The translations under genes and the position numbers were made by a program. DNA of 52,864 nucleotides, counting the filler, from Basidioascus undulatus (Eukaryota): NCBI GenBank assembly GCA_000826855.1. It is 3 parts of 3 records of this genome, joined end to end, with 100 filler letters (N's around TTAATTAATTAA, not from the genome) between each part and the next. Parts side by side here need not be neighbours in the genome. Positions count along the whole stretch, not along the records: positions 17,660 to 35,214 come from JTLS01000527.1; positions 35,315 to 52,864 come from JTLS01000528.1; 1 more part is not named here. The stretch is one strand, 5' to 3'. Every line of letters begins with the position of its first letter. Within the stretch, counting starts at the first letter, position 1. A model generated the notes under the pieces. That model did no database searches, was not told the DNA's origin, and saw nothing but the letters and a program-made list of their open reading frames with translations. This document shows, piece by piece, positions 25,126 through 37,005 of the stretch.

Positions 25126-25259
25126 ACGCAAAAAGAATTACCACATGAATGAACCCCCCCCCAAAAAAATTGAAAAAATGTGGCGTGATTGTCACTAGTG
25201 TTCGGCTCGCCTCGTATACCCTCGTGATAATTGAATCTACATAAGCCACAAGAAAACCT

Positions 25260-26912
25260 TCACCACGCCTGGTGCCCACCGCTGACAAGAACGCTGTAAA
25301 CCCCGCGGCAACTCCTCATCAGTAAAACGTACAACTTAAGAAGACTCGAAAGATGTCAACGTACTCGCTACCTGTGCAGAAGGTCGATGCATCGCTCGCG
25401 AGCCAGACGACGGCACCGCGCAGCTCGTGGACCAGCCCGAGCCGGCCCAGGGGGTTGGAGTTCGCCCACTTCTTCGCGAGATCAGGTTGGACGTCCAGGA
25501 GTTGAGCAGTTCTGGGAGTGCAGCGACACAGGCGCAAATGTAAGAAAGCGTGTGGAAGCGTGCGGGTGAAGTAGAGGTCGAAACCCACTGTTTAGTATAA
25601 ATGTGGCCCGCTGCATGGGAAAAGCACATTTTTCGTCAGAATGATTGGCTGTCTCTGTGTCAGGTAGGAAAATAGCGCTGAACATACGCGAGAGCGAGTT
25701 CACCCTGATGCCGTCCGGCCCAAGCTCGCAAGCCATCGACCGTGCAAGCTGCAGTACGCCTGACTTCGAGGAATTGTACCTGTTTGAGTGTAACGATTTA
25801 GTTTAACCTTTATACTTGCCTCGATCCCTTTGCGTACCCGACCCATTTGTGGTCCTGCTCAAGCCGAAGCAGCCACGGAGGTCAGAATCGTACGCGAACG
25901 AAAGATCGGTGTGGGAAAGGCTTGCCCTGTTCGTGATGCTACCGCTCATGGAGGCGATGAGGATGACGCTCCCTGGAAGCTTGAGCCTGGTGTGCTCCCG
26001 AGCCGCGGCTTGGGCGGTATAGAAGACGCCGGCTTGAAATCGAATAGGAACGACTGCGGCGTCAATGACCCATCGCTGCAATAGAAGAGGTCATGGAGGT
26101 CATCAAGAAGTACCTTGGTTCACGCGCAGCTGGGGTGCCGGGGGAACATTTTAGCCATGTTTTACTAGGACCATCAACGATTGAAAAGAGAGGGCCAGCG
26201 AGCAATGGCGTACAATCTTTTCAAACTCGTCAGCCGGGTACTCGCGACAGTCGTGACCCCCAAGAATCCCGGCGGCTGCAATAGTGACGTCCAACCGACC
26301 CTCTTTCTATTAACCTCTTAGGAATATCAGCACTCCTTCTCCCTTGTTATTGTCCGGAGGTACTCACGTCGGCAATGTCCCTGAACAGCGCCCACATCGC
26401 CTTCTGGTCCGTGACATCCGCCTTGCGATACTCGAGCCTTGTGCCCAATGCTTGCGCATACTTCGCCGACGCTTCGAAGTTCTTGGATGGTGTAGCGGGA
26501 AGGTCGACCGCGTACACAATGGCGCCCGCCTCACACAGGGCCTGCGCCATCTCGAGGCCGAGGTCACCATTTGCCCCGGTTACGACGGCGACCTGTGGAA
26601 AGGGTGGGGGGCCTTTAGTATGATTTCTTTTGAGGTCCACACCAGGGAACACTTACCCGGTCCCCAAGGCAGAACTCATCATATATGTGCCTGCGCGGCT
26701 TGAAGCGTGGATCCGATGCAGCGCGCAGGGCAGCCTCGACTCCAATCACCCTCCCTTCCGGGAGACGTCCGGGCATACCGGCCGGGCTGGGCTGTCCGAC
26801 GGATTGGGTGCGGGTAACGAACGTGCGAGAAGCGAGAGAAGCGGAGGGAGGTAGGATAGGCCGGGGCACAGGTAGTCGTCCTCCCGAACGAGCGAGGGAG
26901 GAGGCGCAGCAT
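25260..26912 (-). CDS. Short-chain dehydrogenase/reductase (D-arabinitol 2-dehydrogenase/polyol reductase-like); start uncertain (26986, 26912 or 26776)
   Basis: VAVVTGANGDLG, ADVTD, GRLDVTIAAAG, GSVILIASMSG, YNSSK (YxxxK), MACELGPDGIRVNSLSPG, NPLGRLG..VVWLASDASTFCTGSD|VLVSGGHQAW*; includes a GC-AG intron at 25855-25925. Confidence 0.92.
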
Positions 26913-27435
26913 GGCCGGAAGGAAGAAGGCGTTTGCAACTGAGAACGGAGCGTGAGGAGGAGACTGCCGTTTCTGCCAGCGAGCATGACTGGGATTTATA
27001 CCACCCTCGGCGTCTACAACGCCACAGCCACCTGGCTCGAGGTTTGGCACCGGCCCGTAACCAGTGCACAAATGGGTGAAAATGGGTGAGAGAAGACCGT
27101 GAGAGGGAGCCACACGCAGGCGACGCGGTGAACAAGCAACCCAAACCGGCCCGAACTGTCAGGTGCATCTTGCCGAAGGCCCGGTGTGAAGCAGAGCAGT
27201 CTTCTTTGTCATGGACGCCGGCAGAAAAAAAGATGAATATGGGCAAAGTCATAGAGCCAAGACCCCACGCCCGGTAATGAGGTCTCGCGGGATGGATGGT
27301 CTGCAGCGGGCAGCAAGGTCCTGACCTGACAACCCACTTCAAGGCGTTGGGAAACGAGCCGGGTACAGCGGACCGTAAAGTCGCGGTACTCCGAAAAAAT
27401 CAAAGACGTGAAGGGTAAAAACTGGCTTAGATCTG

Positions 27436-27477
27436 ATCTGCAATTACAACGACTATATCTGCAATTACATCGACTAC
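27436..27477. repeat. 21-bp tandem duplication (2 mismatches), intergenic
   Basis: atctgcaattacaacgactat / atctgcaattacatcgactac. Confidence 0.85.
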
Positions 27478-27767
27478 TTTAGAGCCAGTTCGCTGAGACG
27501 AGCTTGCGAACGGGAGCAAGGGCCAATAGCAATGTAGGGACCGCCGGTGTCGACGCTGTTTTGATATCCGTCCACCTCTCCACGATATTTCGGACTCCAC
27601 AAGTCATAACCCTTCCGCTGTTCAATACTGTCCATTCTCCAATACCGATACATTGAGGCCGCAGTGGAGGTAGGAAAACAGGAAAGGTAACGATTTCGCT
27701 ATCATGGAAAGGAATGTCTGAAAGAGGTCCGACAGGTTTGAAGGCAGAAGCAGCACGAGTGATCGGT

Positions 27768-29971
27768 CTACACTGCCGTCAGGTCGCTCCGAGAGGTCTT
27801 CGATTGCGCATCCAATTCGCTGAACCGGTCATCCTCTTCATTGCTGTGCCGAGCTCGTCAGCGTACTGCATGACCTGTCTCCCGGTACGTGGGAACGTAC
27901 TGCTCTGTAACGACGACTTCCATCTGGATGTCGAGGGCGGCGGTGGTAGTATTATGACGGTGACGAGAGTCCAGATATGTCGGTCGAGAGTGCGATTTGT
28001 TGCCAGCCGAAGCTGAGCGCCCTTGGGAAGACGTCTTCCCGCCGCTGAAGTTGCCATTCGGAGAGTTTAGCACAACGTATCTTCCACAATTCTCAAGGAG
28101 CTTCTCTTACAAGATGTTCCCCCCTGGTTGGCCAGGTTGCGGTATGCACGGGTCGCAGCTATGATAGCACCCGTGAAGGCGAGCGGACCGAAAAAGACGG
28201 CTGCAGGAGTTTTAAGTAATAACGCCGTTGCAGTGGTAAGAGACAGTCACGCACTCATGATCTTACGGAAAAGAAAAGTTAACTCGGATAACTTTAGTAC
28301 ACGAAAAGACTGCTGCTTTATCTCACCTCATTCAGTGCGAGCTGCACGAAAACGCCCTGGATAAGATTAGAAGCGAAAGTGATTACAAATGCGAGAATCC
28401 CATCTTTCAGCTGCAACGGGTGTATGTGAATTTTGTACTTCAGTACACTAATTTGCAGATGGTGCTTGTTTGGGAATATAGGCTGGACCCACCAAGAGTA
28501 GGGGAATGCCTCCCATTTCCGTCATGGAGCTGTTATACGTGCGACACAGGCGCCACGCAGTGAGGCCCAGTATGAGCCCGTCGCTGCCAAAGCAGAAACC
28601 TCAGCAAAGGCGACTTCTGAAATATAGTTACCTAAACACCTACTATGCAATTGCTAATTGTGTGCGAGTGGTTAACAACCGTCGCAGCCTTTCAACATAC
28701 CGGTTGGAGAGAACTATCGTACTGTACCAGTCTGTATTAACAAGGTACCGAACAGTGAGTGCCATGAAAACACAATCCAATAGAGCGTACTTACAAATAG
28801 CCGCTGTTGCAACCGGAAAGTGAGCCAGTGAGCACCATCGTGTAGAAGCGGTTCGAGCGGGATAGTCACGGACCAGTCAAGTCAGAACTCGCGTTCATCA
28901 TCTAACGTAAATTAATCTCCTTTAACTTGGGCCTCGGCTTAGCAAGACTTGGAGTACGCACTTGGCAGGTACCATTGATGTTCGAAGCCGTGTTCAGGCG
29001 CGTAGCTGCAACGTCATCATAAGTCAGCGTCACAGACAATGCAGTGTTGTGGGATAGGACGAACGACCAAGAAGCCATACGAGGAGTTGAGCGTAAGACA
29101 ATGCAAAAGAAAACTCGAGCCACTTGGGACGGCCCCATACGGCACTTGTGCCAGCAAGAATAGCGGTCTGGGTACCGCGCGGAAAGCCTGCATCACGAAC
29201 TGTTCAAGATAAGGAGTGGGATAACGTATACTCACTGCACACGTCGCTGTCATCCCGCTGAACGCCTGTCATGAGCTCAGAGTCAGGCTCACTAAAACTG
29301 CACTCAACGACAGCGTCGCGACCAACCGCGCCAGCACGCGCCATGCCGTTGCAATCGATTGACGGATCCGAAACATTTTGAAGCTGCGCCGACAGGTCAA
29401 CGACTGGTTGCAGAACAGTAAGGAGGTCTCTTACAATTATAAATAGGCTGCCTCACCCTCCCAATGAGCTGACGGGGCACTTGTAACGTACTAGATGGAG
29501 AGGGTGGAGCGGTACGCACGTCAAAGCGATAACAACACTTGCACGCCCAAGGAAGTATAGAGCCTGTGAAACCGAGATGATTCAGCTTCCGCTGCCTCTT
29601 GGCTTGGTTGGTATCCCTTTACAATGGGCCAGTGCACTCGACGTCTTCCCGTAACGATGGCGAAGTCGAAGTCCAGAGAAACTGCAATAGCCATAATCGC
29701 TTTCGCTCTAAACACCTCAAAGCAGAACATAATTTCTTGCTCACTAGTAATCTCCCAAATCACCAAGCCTATCAATGAGGGTTCAGCAACCTCAACATCC
29801 CGTTGAAATATGTCTGCGTACCGTAAACCCCGTAAGCGAAACCCTGCAGAGCCTCTAAGCCGCAATATTGGCTACCATCCGGTGCTACACTCACTCATCA
29901 GACTCAGCCTACTCACTGATTTGGACTGCAAGGGAGGCGGGATCGTTCCAGCTGGCCGTGTTGACCGGCAT
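27768..29971 (-). CDS. Multi-pass membrane protein, DUF6533-like basidiomycete family; many micro-exons; possibly frameshifted
   Basis: Manual splice: MPVNTASWNDPASLAVQI|KALQGFAYGVY|GLVIWEIT|ISLDFDFAIVTGRRRVHWPI|ALYFLGR..|..IDCNGMAR..|TAILAGTSAVWGRPKW..|..YDGLILGLTAWRL..|LKDGILAFVITFASNLIQGVFVQLALNE..|VFFGPLAFTGAIIAATRAYRNL, followed by a polar tail. Confidence 0.75.
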
Positions 29972-30675
29972 TTGGTCTTGTAGAGTGAGTGGGAAGACGA
30001 GATGGAAGATGTCTTCGGGTGCCAACAAAGATGAGAGATGCGCCGAAGAGGACATCCAGAGATTTACCGGTGCTCAGTCGTTAGCTCTGTTTCACCAAAG
30101 AACGGTCCGGAGCGGAAGTCGATGCGGGGGTCACGTCCAAAGAATGGAGGAATCCAGGGGCAGACACTTCAGGGCGCTTGCCCATAATACCAGAGTTCGT
30201 GCTGCATGCAAGGACGCAAAAACCCCATGAGCTGAAGTTATTTTTGAGTACATGCACATAGGGTGATTCCAACTCATCAAGAGCAAAGGAAACAAAAAGG
30301 GTGTTTGGAATGGCAGGCGCAGATGCATGCAAAGACAAGGAGTTCGTGCCTTCCAATGATCAATGCACCCGTGCGTTGCCGTAGCGGCTCGTTGGTTTGC
30401 AAAGTTGTGCCATGGTTGCATTGCGTTGCCTGAATCTGCCCATTACGATTCTGGAGAGTTGTCACAATTGTGCATGATTAATGCGGGTTGAGCGCGGGCT
30501 TGCATGATGGCAGGACGGAGACGGTCTGTGCCTCCGTCAACCGTCAATTTCCGAGTACCAAGCCCACTACCCCCACAACAATACTCGAAACTGACAGGTG
30601 GTTTCGAAACGATCAAGCTTATGGGGTGCGAGCGAGGGCGTCTCTTCACCTCCCACAACCAATACCATCACGCCT

Positions 30676-33127
30676 ATGGCACATCCCAGTATTGAGCTCG
30701 CACTCGATGCCTACAAAGCATCCCCCTATAACACCACCGTCTTATGGGCTTTAGCAACTCATTTGGTTTTTCATCGTAACGAACCATCTCTCGGCCTCGC
30801 CTCCGCTGTCCTTCTTCTCGCTGCCGTCCTCCCTCTCCTGGTGCTACCTCAACCGGCAAATCTTCTAGGTGGACCTCTCTTTCTCGCAACGCTTGCTCTC
30901 TCCATATCCAGTTACCGGCTCTCAGCTCTCCACCCTCTGTCCAAATTTCCGGGTCCTCGCCTTGCTGCTCTCTCCAAGTGGTGGAAGGTGAAAACATGCT
31001 TGGACGGTCACGCAGCCTTTGAGATCTCGAAGCTTCACGACAAGCATGGGGACTTTGTTCGCACTGGTGCGCAGTCCTCTGAACTTTCCAGGAGCGTAGG
31101 CATCTGCGCTTACACAGTATCTTATCCTATTGAACTCTTCTAGGTCCGAACGAGCTCTCTGTCCGGACTGTGGACGCCATCCGACCTCTCCATGGTCATC
31201 CTGGTTTCAGGAAGCATTCCTGTGCGTTTGCCTCTAATATTCACAGCCAGTTTTTATCTTAAACACTCCCGGTTTCCTTCCAAGGGTACAACGTGCCGTT
31301 CGGAGATCCTGGTGCTACTTCGATCAACACGGTTCGGGACCCTGCCGTGCACGCAGTGCGGCGAAAGATCTACAATCGAGGTGAGATCTCGCATCCCGAC
31401 TCCCGGTTGTATAGCTGGTTGCAAAGTACTGATGGTGGTGCCCAGGCTTTACGGCCAGTGCATTGGCACAGTACGGTAAGCGGCGGGGATGTAGGCGTGT
31501 ATACCGACTCCATACTAAAGGCTATCGTTCCTTTTTCAGCGGATGCGCAAAGTGCTCGGGTCGAGCAGCTCATGGACAAGCTTGCTGAAGTGTCCGCGAC
31601 GAACGTCGGCCTCGTCAGCTCTGTCACGACTTTCATCAATCGTTGGACCTTGATCTGATGGGCGAGTAAGTTTCCGTGCTTTCATCGTTATGGTTTCAGC
31701 TATTGAGGCTATAGCATCCTCACAGCATGGCTTTTGGCGGCCTGACCGAGCTGCAACGGGATGGCGACGCCGAAAGGCTGCTTGAGAATATGCACATGGC
31801 AGTGCACATCGGTGAGCTTCTGCGACGGGAATCTAGAACTGACTTGGCGCTCATTAATGTTTCCGAACAGTCACCGCCTTTGCACACGTTCCGTGGATTC
31901 TCAACCTCTTCAACCTTCTCCCTTCTCCTTCCAGTCTCGCCAACCTGATGACTTTCGCTCGAAAGCGACTTGAGGAGCGTAAGGCCGCCGGCACTCGCGT
32001 CAAGGATGTTTTTGCTGCTCTGGTAAGTCGCTCTTACTTTGATTCAAAACTGTGAGACACAGCGCTGATATCCTCTCTACCCGGCAGCTCGAGGACGACG
32101 CCGGCAACCCCGCGCCGTACTACAAGGACCACCCGGCGGATCTGCATGCGGACGCAATGCTGCTTATCACTGCGGGTACGCTTCGTAATTAAAAATATGG
32201 AGATACCGGCGCCTCCCGAGCTCTTCTTGACAGGCGCAGATACGACGGCGGCGTCTTTCACTTCTTTCGTCTTCTACGCCACGCAGAACCCTCCGGTGTT
32301 CCAGCGGCTTCAAGCGGAAGTGGACGCCGAGTTCCCGTCTGGGTCCGCCATCGGCCAGGACCTGTCAAAACTGCACAGTCTTCGCTACCTCAACGCAGTA
32401 ATCGACGAGACGTTGCGGCTGGCGCCCCCCGTCTCGGGCGGCTTTCCGCGCGAGCCACCTCCCGGCAGTGTTGGCGTAACGGTTGCAGGACGGTAGGCCG
32501 CCAGACAATTTTGCAGTACAGGTATTGTGTATGGCGCTCACGTTAAACAGGTTTGTTCCTGAGGGAACGGCCATCTGGACGCAGCACTTGAGCATGCAGC
32601 GCGATGCTCGCTATTTCGGAGTGCTCTAGACCACTTCCGATAAGCGTGGAACTGAGGAGAACGCACTTTTACAGCGCACAAGAGTTCCGCCCGGAGCGCT
32701 GGCTGCAAGACACCAAGACATGGGTCATGAGCGCTGCTGTCAATCCTTTCGGATACGGGTCAGTACCTCCTTACGGATGACCAGAGCTGCCCAGCTAACG
32801 GTGCCTTCACAATCCAGAACATACGGCTGCGTAAGTTGTTTACGCCTTTGATAGTGTCCTTTATTTTTCAACGCTTAACAAATCTAATACTCTTCGACAG
32901 GTCGGGAAACACTTCGCGCTTAACTCGCTCCGCTTTGCCATCGCCAACCTGGCGCTGCGGAAACCGGACCACTATCTGCAGCAGCTCCAGGACAATGTCG
33001 TGTGAGTCAATCTAGACAATTCTCCTTTATTTGGCTTTTGGAGTCTTCCTGACCACCGCACGGAAGCGTCAACCCCGGCAAGTTCCCCGTTGTCCTCAAG
33101 ACACGCAGCAAGCGGGCCGTTGCGTAA
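30676..33127 (+). CDS. Cytochrome P450 (CYP5035/CYP67-like), with an apparent 1-nt frameshift
   Basis: TM N-terminus, YRLSALHPLSKFPGPRLAALSKWW, GPNELS, AGADTT (I-helix), ETLR, FRPERW, PFGYG|TYGC|VGK (heme). RWT-ttgatctgatg is one T short of FDLMGD at 31650-31651. Confidence 0.9.
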
Positions 33128-33475
33128 GATGGGCCACCCGGATAGATCGCACTCGCTTTCAAACATAATTTCCTGTCTTCCCTGATGCATCCTATGATGG
33201 GCGTGAACGGCGGTGGTACATTGCCCGGCACCTGCAGTCGCCAGCGAAATCGGAAATACTGCATCGATTGCGAGCCTGAGTGCGTTACACGTGTGGTAGA
33301 TTGCCCTTAAAAGCTGTACCGGCGTACTCTTTCTTTTTCAAGAAATGCAATATATCGGTGCCAGTCCGCGAAAGTCGTTTGTGCCGGGCCCCGCAAGCCG
33401 CTATGCAGTGCAGGCGAAGTTACGACGCGTCTTGGCTCTTCCACCGCCTCCACGACCGTGTTTTATGCCCTCACG

Positions 33476-34832
33476 ATGCGTCTCGCACCACTAACCCCTC
33501 ACATTCTCGCACTCGCGCTAACCGGCCTTGGAGCAATGAGCCAATCGATCCCTTCCGTACTCCTCTTCACCCGCACCGCCGGGTACAGACACGACTCGAT
33601 CCCTACCGCCGTAGACGCGTTGCATCGCCTCGCGCCGTCGTACGTTGTGTCGTTCTCGCACTCGGAGGACGCTGCGCTGTTCAGCGATGATGGGCTGCAG
33701 GGCATGGATGGGGTCGTGTTTTTGCATACCACGGACGATGGTGAGTCCTATCTCGCCTTCATGCGGCTCAAGATTGCCAAGAACGCTCACAAGCCGGCAT
33801 GGGACAGTGCTCGACTCGCAGCAGCAAGACGCGTTCAAGCGGTGGCTCGACAAGGGCGGCGTCTTGGTCGGGATCCACTCGGCCAGTGCGACGCTCAATC
33901 ATACCCAGTTTTATATCGATCAGATCGTCCGTACCGCACCGTACCGCTCCGCTTGTGCCCGTTTCGCACTCGTTCTGCATGCTGACTGCTTCAACCACCA
34001 TATCCAGGGTGCGACATTCGATTATCACCCTGAGCTCCAACCCGCTGTGCGTTTGAGCCCATTACCCTTACCCAAAAAAAGAAGGAGCACTGACAACCCG
34101 CATGGCTGCCCGCTGCAGACCATCCTCGTACTCGACTCCACGCACCCCTCAACCTCGCACCTCCCCGGACGGTGGAACGTCAGCGAAGAAGTGTACAACT
34201 TCAAAAGTGATCCGCGATCGCTCGGGGCGACCATTCTCCTATCGGTGGACGAGTCGACGTACACCGACCCGAGCCCGCGCGAGTACGTCCAGGGCGACCC
34301 GCACCCGCTCGCGTGGTACCAGGAGCGCGCGGCGGGCGCGCCGGCGGGCCGGGCGAGAAGCTTCTATACTTCCCTGGGGCACCTCAATGAGACGTGGGAG
34401 GATGAAGACTTCTTGGAGCACGTCATGAAAGGTGAGAGGGCATTGCGGGCTGTCGGTCACTACGGACATACTGACCGCCGTACGTCGTAGGTATCGTCTG
34501 GGCTCTGGAGTCCAAGTACGCTTTACTCCGCCTCTCACAAGTCTTCAAATCACTCATGGGCCCTTCACACAGTACGACGCTAGCGTATAACTCCTGCGCC
34601 TCAGTCGGTAACGGCACGGCTTCCAGTGGGGCTGACTCGTCCAGCACGAGCACCTCCGGAGGCGATGCCTCTGCGCCAACGCAAACAGACGGCAGCTCGT
34701 GGGTCATCCTTTCTAAACCAATCCAATCTCCCGCGCCGACCATTCCCACTTCCCAGGGCCGTCCCGCATCGCGCCCAAGCCGCGGCCGTGGGCGGGGCAA
34801 TTCTCGGCGCCGTCCTCAGCACCGTCTTCTAA
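33476..34832 (+). CDS. Secreted, probably GPI-anchored ThuA-like (class I GATase-like fold) protein
   Basis: Signal peptide; VLLFTRTAGYRHDSIPTA, GGVLVGIHSAS, GATFDYHP, HPST..LPGRW..EEVYNFKSDPR, QGDPHPLAWY, RSFYTSLGH; Ser/Thr-rich stalk and hydrophobic end AAAVGGAILGAVLSTVF*. Confidence 0.9.
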
Positions 34833-34934
34833 TTAGCCCAGACCATCCCGACATTGTAGAAGTAGGAATGCACGCATGTGCGGAATTGTGTATCATCATC
34901 GTTAACATCAATCAATCAATCAAGTCTAGCCCTC

Positions 34935-35214
34935 TCAGAAGTCGAACCCATGCTTGCGAAACTCCTCGACGCTCGAGCCGGGCACGGCGAGCGCGGCGGG
35001 GTCCTGCCTATCCATGGCGAAGAACGTGCGGCGGAGAGTCTGCCAGAGGCTCTGACTCTCGTTCACCGCCTGACCATCGCCCGTCTGGTGCAGGCTGATC
35101 GCAGCGAGGAGGTGCTCCGCCGCTTCTTGGTAGCAGCCGATGTTCAGGCCTGGACAGTGAGAGTGAAGCGCGTTCAGCATATGAGAGGGGGAAGAGGGTG
35201 AGGAAAGGAGGGGG
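34935..35214 (-). CDS. PEX5: Peroxisomal PTS1 receptor Pex5, last exon only (34935-35149; rest lost in gap)
   Basis: LNIGCYQEAAEHLLAAISLH..SQSLWQTLRRTFFAMDRQD..FRKHGFDF* matches the fungal Pex5 C-terminus. Confidence 0.88.
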
Positions 35215-35314
35215 NNNNNNNNNNNNNNNNNNNNNNNNNNNNNNNNNNNNNNNNNNNNTTAATTAATTAANNNNNNNNNNNNNNNNNNNNNNNNNNNNNN
35301 NNNNNNNNNNNNNN
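35215..35314. other. Assembly gap / contig-joining spacer
   Basis: 100-bp N run with TTAATTAATTAA at 35259-35270. Confidence 0.97.
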
Positions 35315-36167
35315 AGGCTCTGTGAGCTGGCGAGCGCCTGCGCGGTCGGAGGCGACGCACGGGGAGTCTGGCGCGTTCGCGGCGGCGCGCCGGCTCGCGG
35401 TGCGGAGGACGAGTAGGAAGAGGTAGAGGGCGGCAAGCGCCGACCGCACCCTGCCGCGCCACCGGAAGCGACTGTGGCCATCTCGGGGAAGTAGCTCGGC
35501 GCGTCGGGCTCGCCTGCGACGGGCGACTTGCCGCTGCCGCCGCTGAGCCTGCTGTCCTGCGATGACGATCGGCGGTCGTGCCTGGACGTGCGCGTAGGGG
35601 CATACGGCAGAGCTGAAACGGGGACCTCGCTTCCCGCCACGCCCTTCTCATTGACCGGAGATGCCCTCCCCATGCTGTTGCTGCTCGTGCGGCGAGACGA
35701 CGCGCGAGAGTCACCGCCGGCGGCACCCGCGACAAGATGCTTCTCGCTGCTGCTTGTGCAGTCGCCGGCCGGACGGCGCTGAGCGCGGCGCTGTCGCTCG
35801 GCGCGTGCAGCAGTGGCCTTTTTGGCCTTCATGCGCGAGCCGCGGCCGATGACGAAACAGATAAGGAGGATGAGAGCGACGAGACCTGCCCCGCCGAGCT
35901 GTCATGGAAAGTGATGGGGGAGGTTCAGCAAAACAAAACGACGACCGAAATTCCCCACAGGAACAACGCCAGACGAGTATTGATAAGGAGCAGACATACC
36001 ACACCGCCAATGACTGCGCCCATGGCAGTCTTGCTCAGCTCGCCTCCGCCGCCTCCCCCCCCGCTCGAAGAACCCTGAGTCGGGCCCGAGAACTGCGTGA
36101 CGGTGACGATTTCCTGTCGACGCTGCCGCGTGTGCGCGGGCTCATTGTGTGATACGAGGGCCGGCAT
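35315..36167 (-). CDS. Single-pass membrane protein with Ser/Arg-rich cytoplasmic tail (3' end lost in gap)
   Basis: ..GGGELSKTAMGAVIGGV|LGGAGLVALILLICFVIGRGSRMKAKK..; LS..A..IGG juxtamembrane pattern followed by a TM segment and a basic stop-transfer cluster. Confidence 0.7.
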
Positions 36168-37005
36168 GAGTGGCGGGCGATTGAAGGGTGAGGCAAGGGA
36201 AGGGGTGGGCGGTCGTGCGATCTTGCGGAGGTTGTCCGACGGCCGGGACCAGAGAAAACGAAAGTGGGTGGAAGCGAGGGCAATTTAAGCGAGAGGAACA
36301 GTGAATTTTGTGAGAGCGGTCGAAAATCAGTCGCGGGCCGGACGGGGGGGATGTCGAGGAGGTGGTGGTGGTGGAGGGAGGTGCCAGAGCCGTGTCGTCG
36401 TCGCAGAGCCTGCTGCAGACAATTGGCTTCGAGTTGTCCCGGGTTGACGGACGGGGTGGAATATTTAGAGTAGAAAGCCGAGTGGGAAGATCGCTGCAAG
36501 GGGAAAGAGAAAAGAGACCGAGAAGCACACGGTCAAGATGCAAACGTCAAAGGTCGGCCAGGTCCGCAGACGCACGCGCGTCACCGCCAGCCATCTCGCG
36601 TCGAAGCGTGTCTCACTCATTAGTTTAAATAGTGTCTATGCACGACTACTGTACGGTTGCAGAAGTTTTTTCATATAGCGCAACTTTGCCATGGTCCGGT
36701 GACTTTGAAGTGCACAGCTTCCCATGGAAGAAGGGCGAGCGTTGGCAAGCGAAAACAGATTTTCGAGTCTCAACGAGAAATCGTGAGGATCTGAGAAGCG
36801 AGTACCTTACTGTCTTAGAGGGCGCGGCTGTGCCTGACCGGACCGCACGCAAACCGGCAGTGGCGCGCAAACCTCCGAAATTGCATCAAAAGGAGCTACG
36901 AGAAAGAAGCTTCGCAGAAGAGCAGTCGAGTTGAAAGCAGTCCAAACAGGTTAAGAAAAGTCCAGATATGCATCTAACCTGTCCAATAAAGAGTGCGCGA
37001 GGAGT

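Noticed and set aside
25260..34832. Secondary-metabolite biosynthetic cluster (SDR, P450, ThuA)
   Set aside because: No backbone enzyme (PKS, NRPS, terpene synthase), transporter or cluster regulator is present.
34935..36167. Membrane-anchored Pex5 fusion
   Set aside because: Spans the second spacer; adjacency is unproven.
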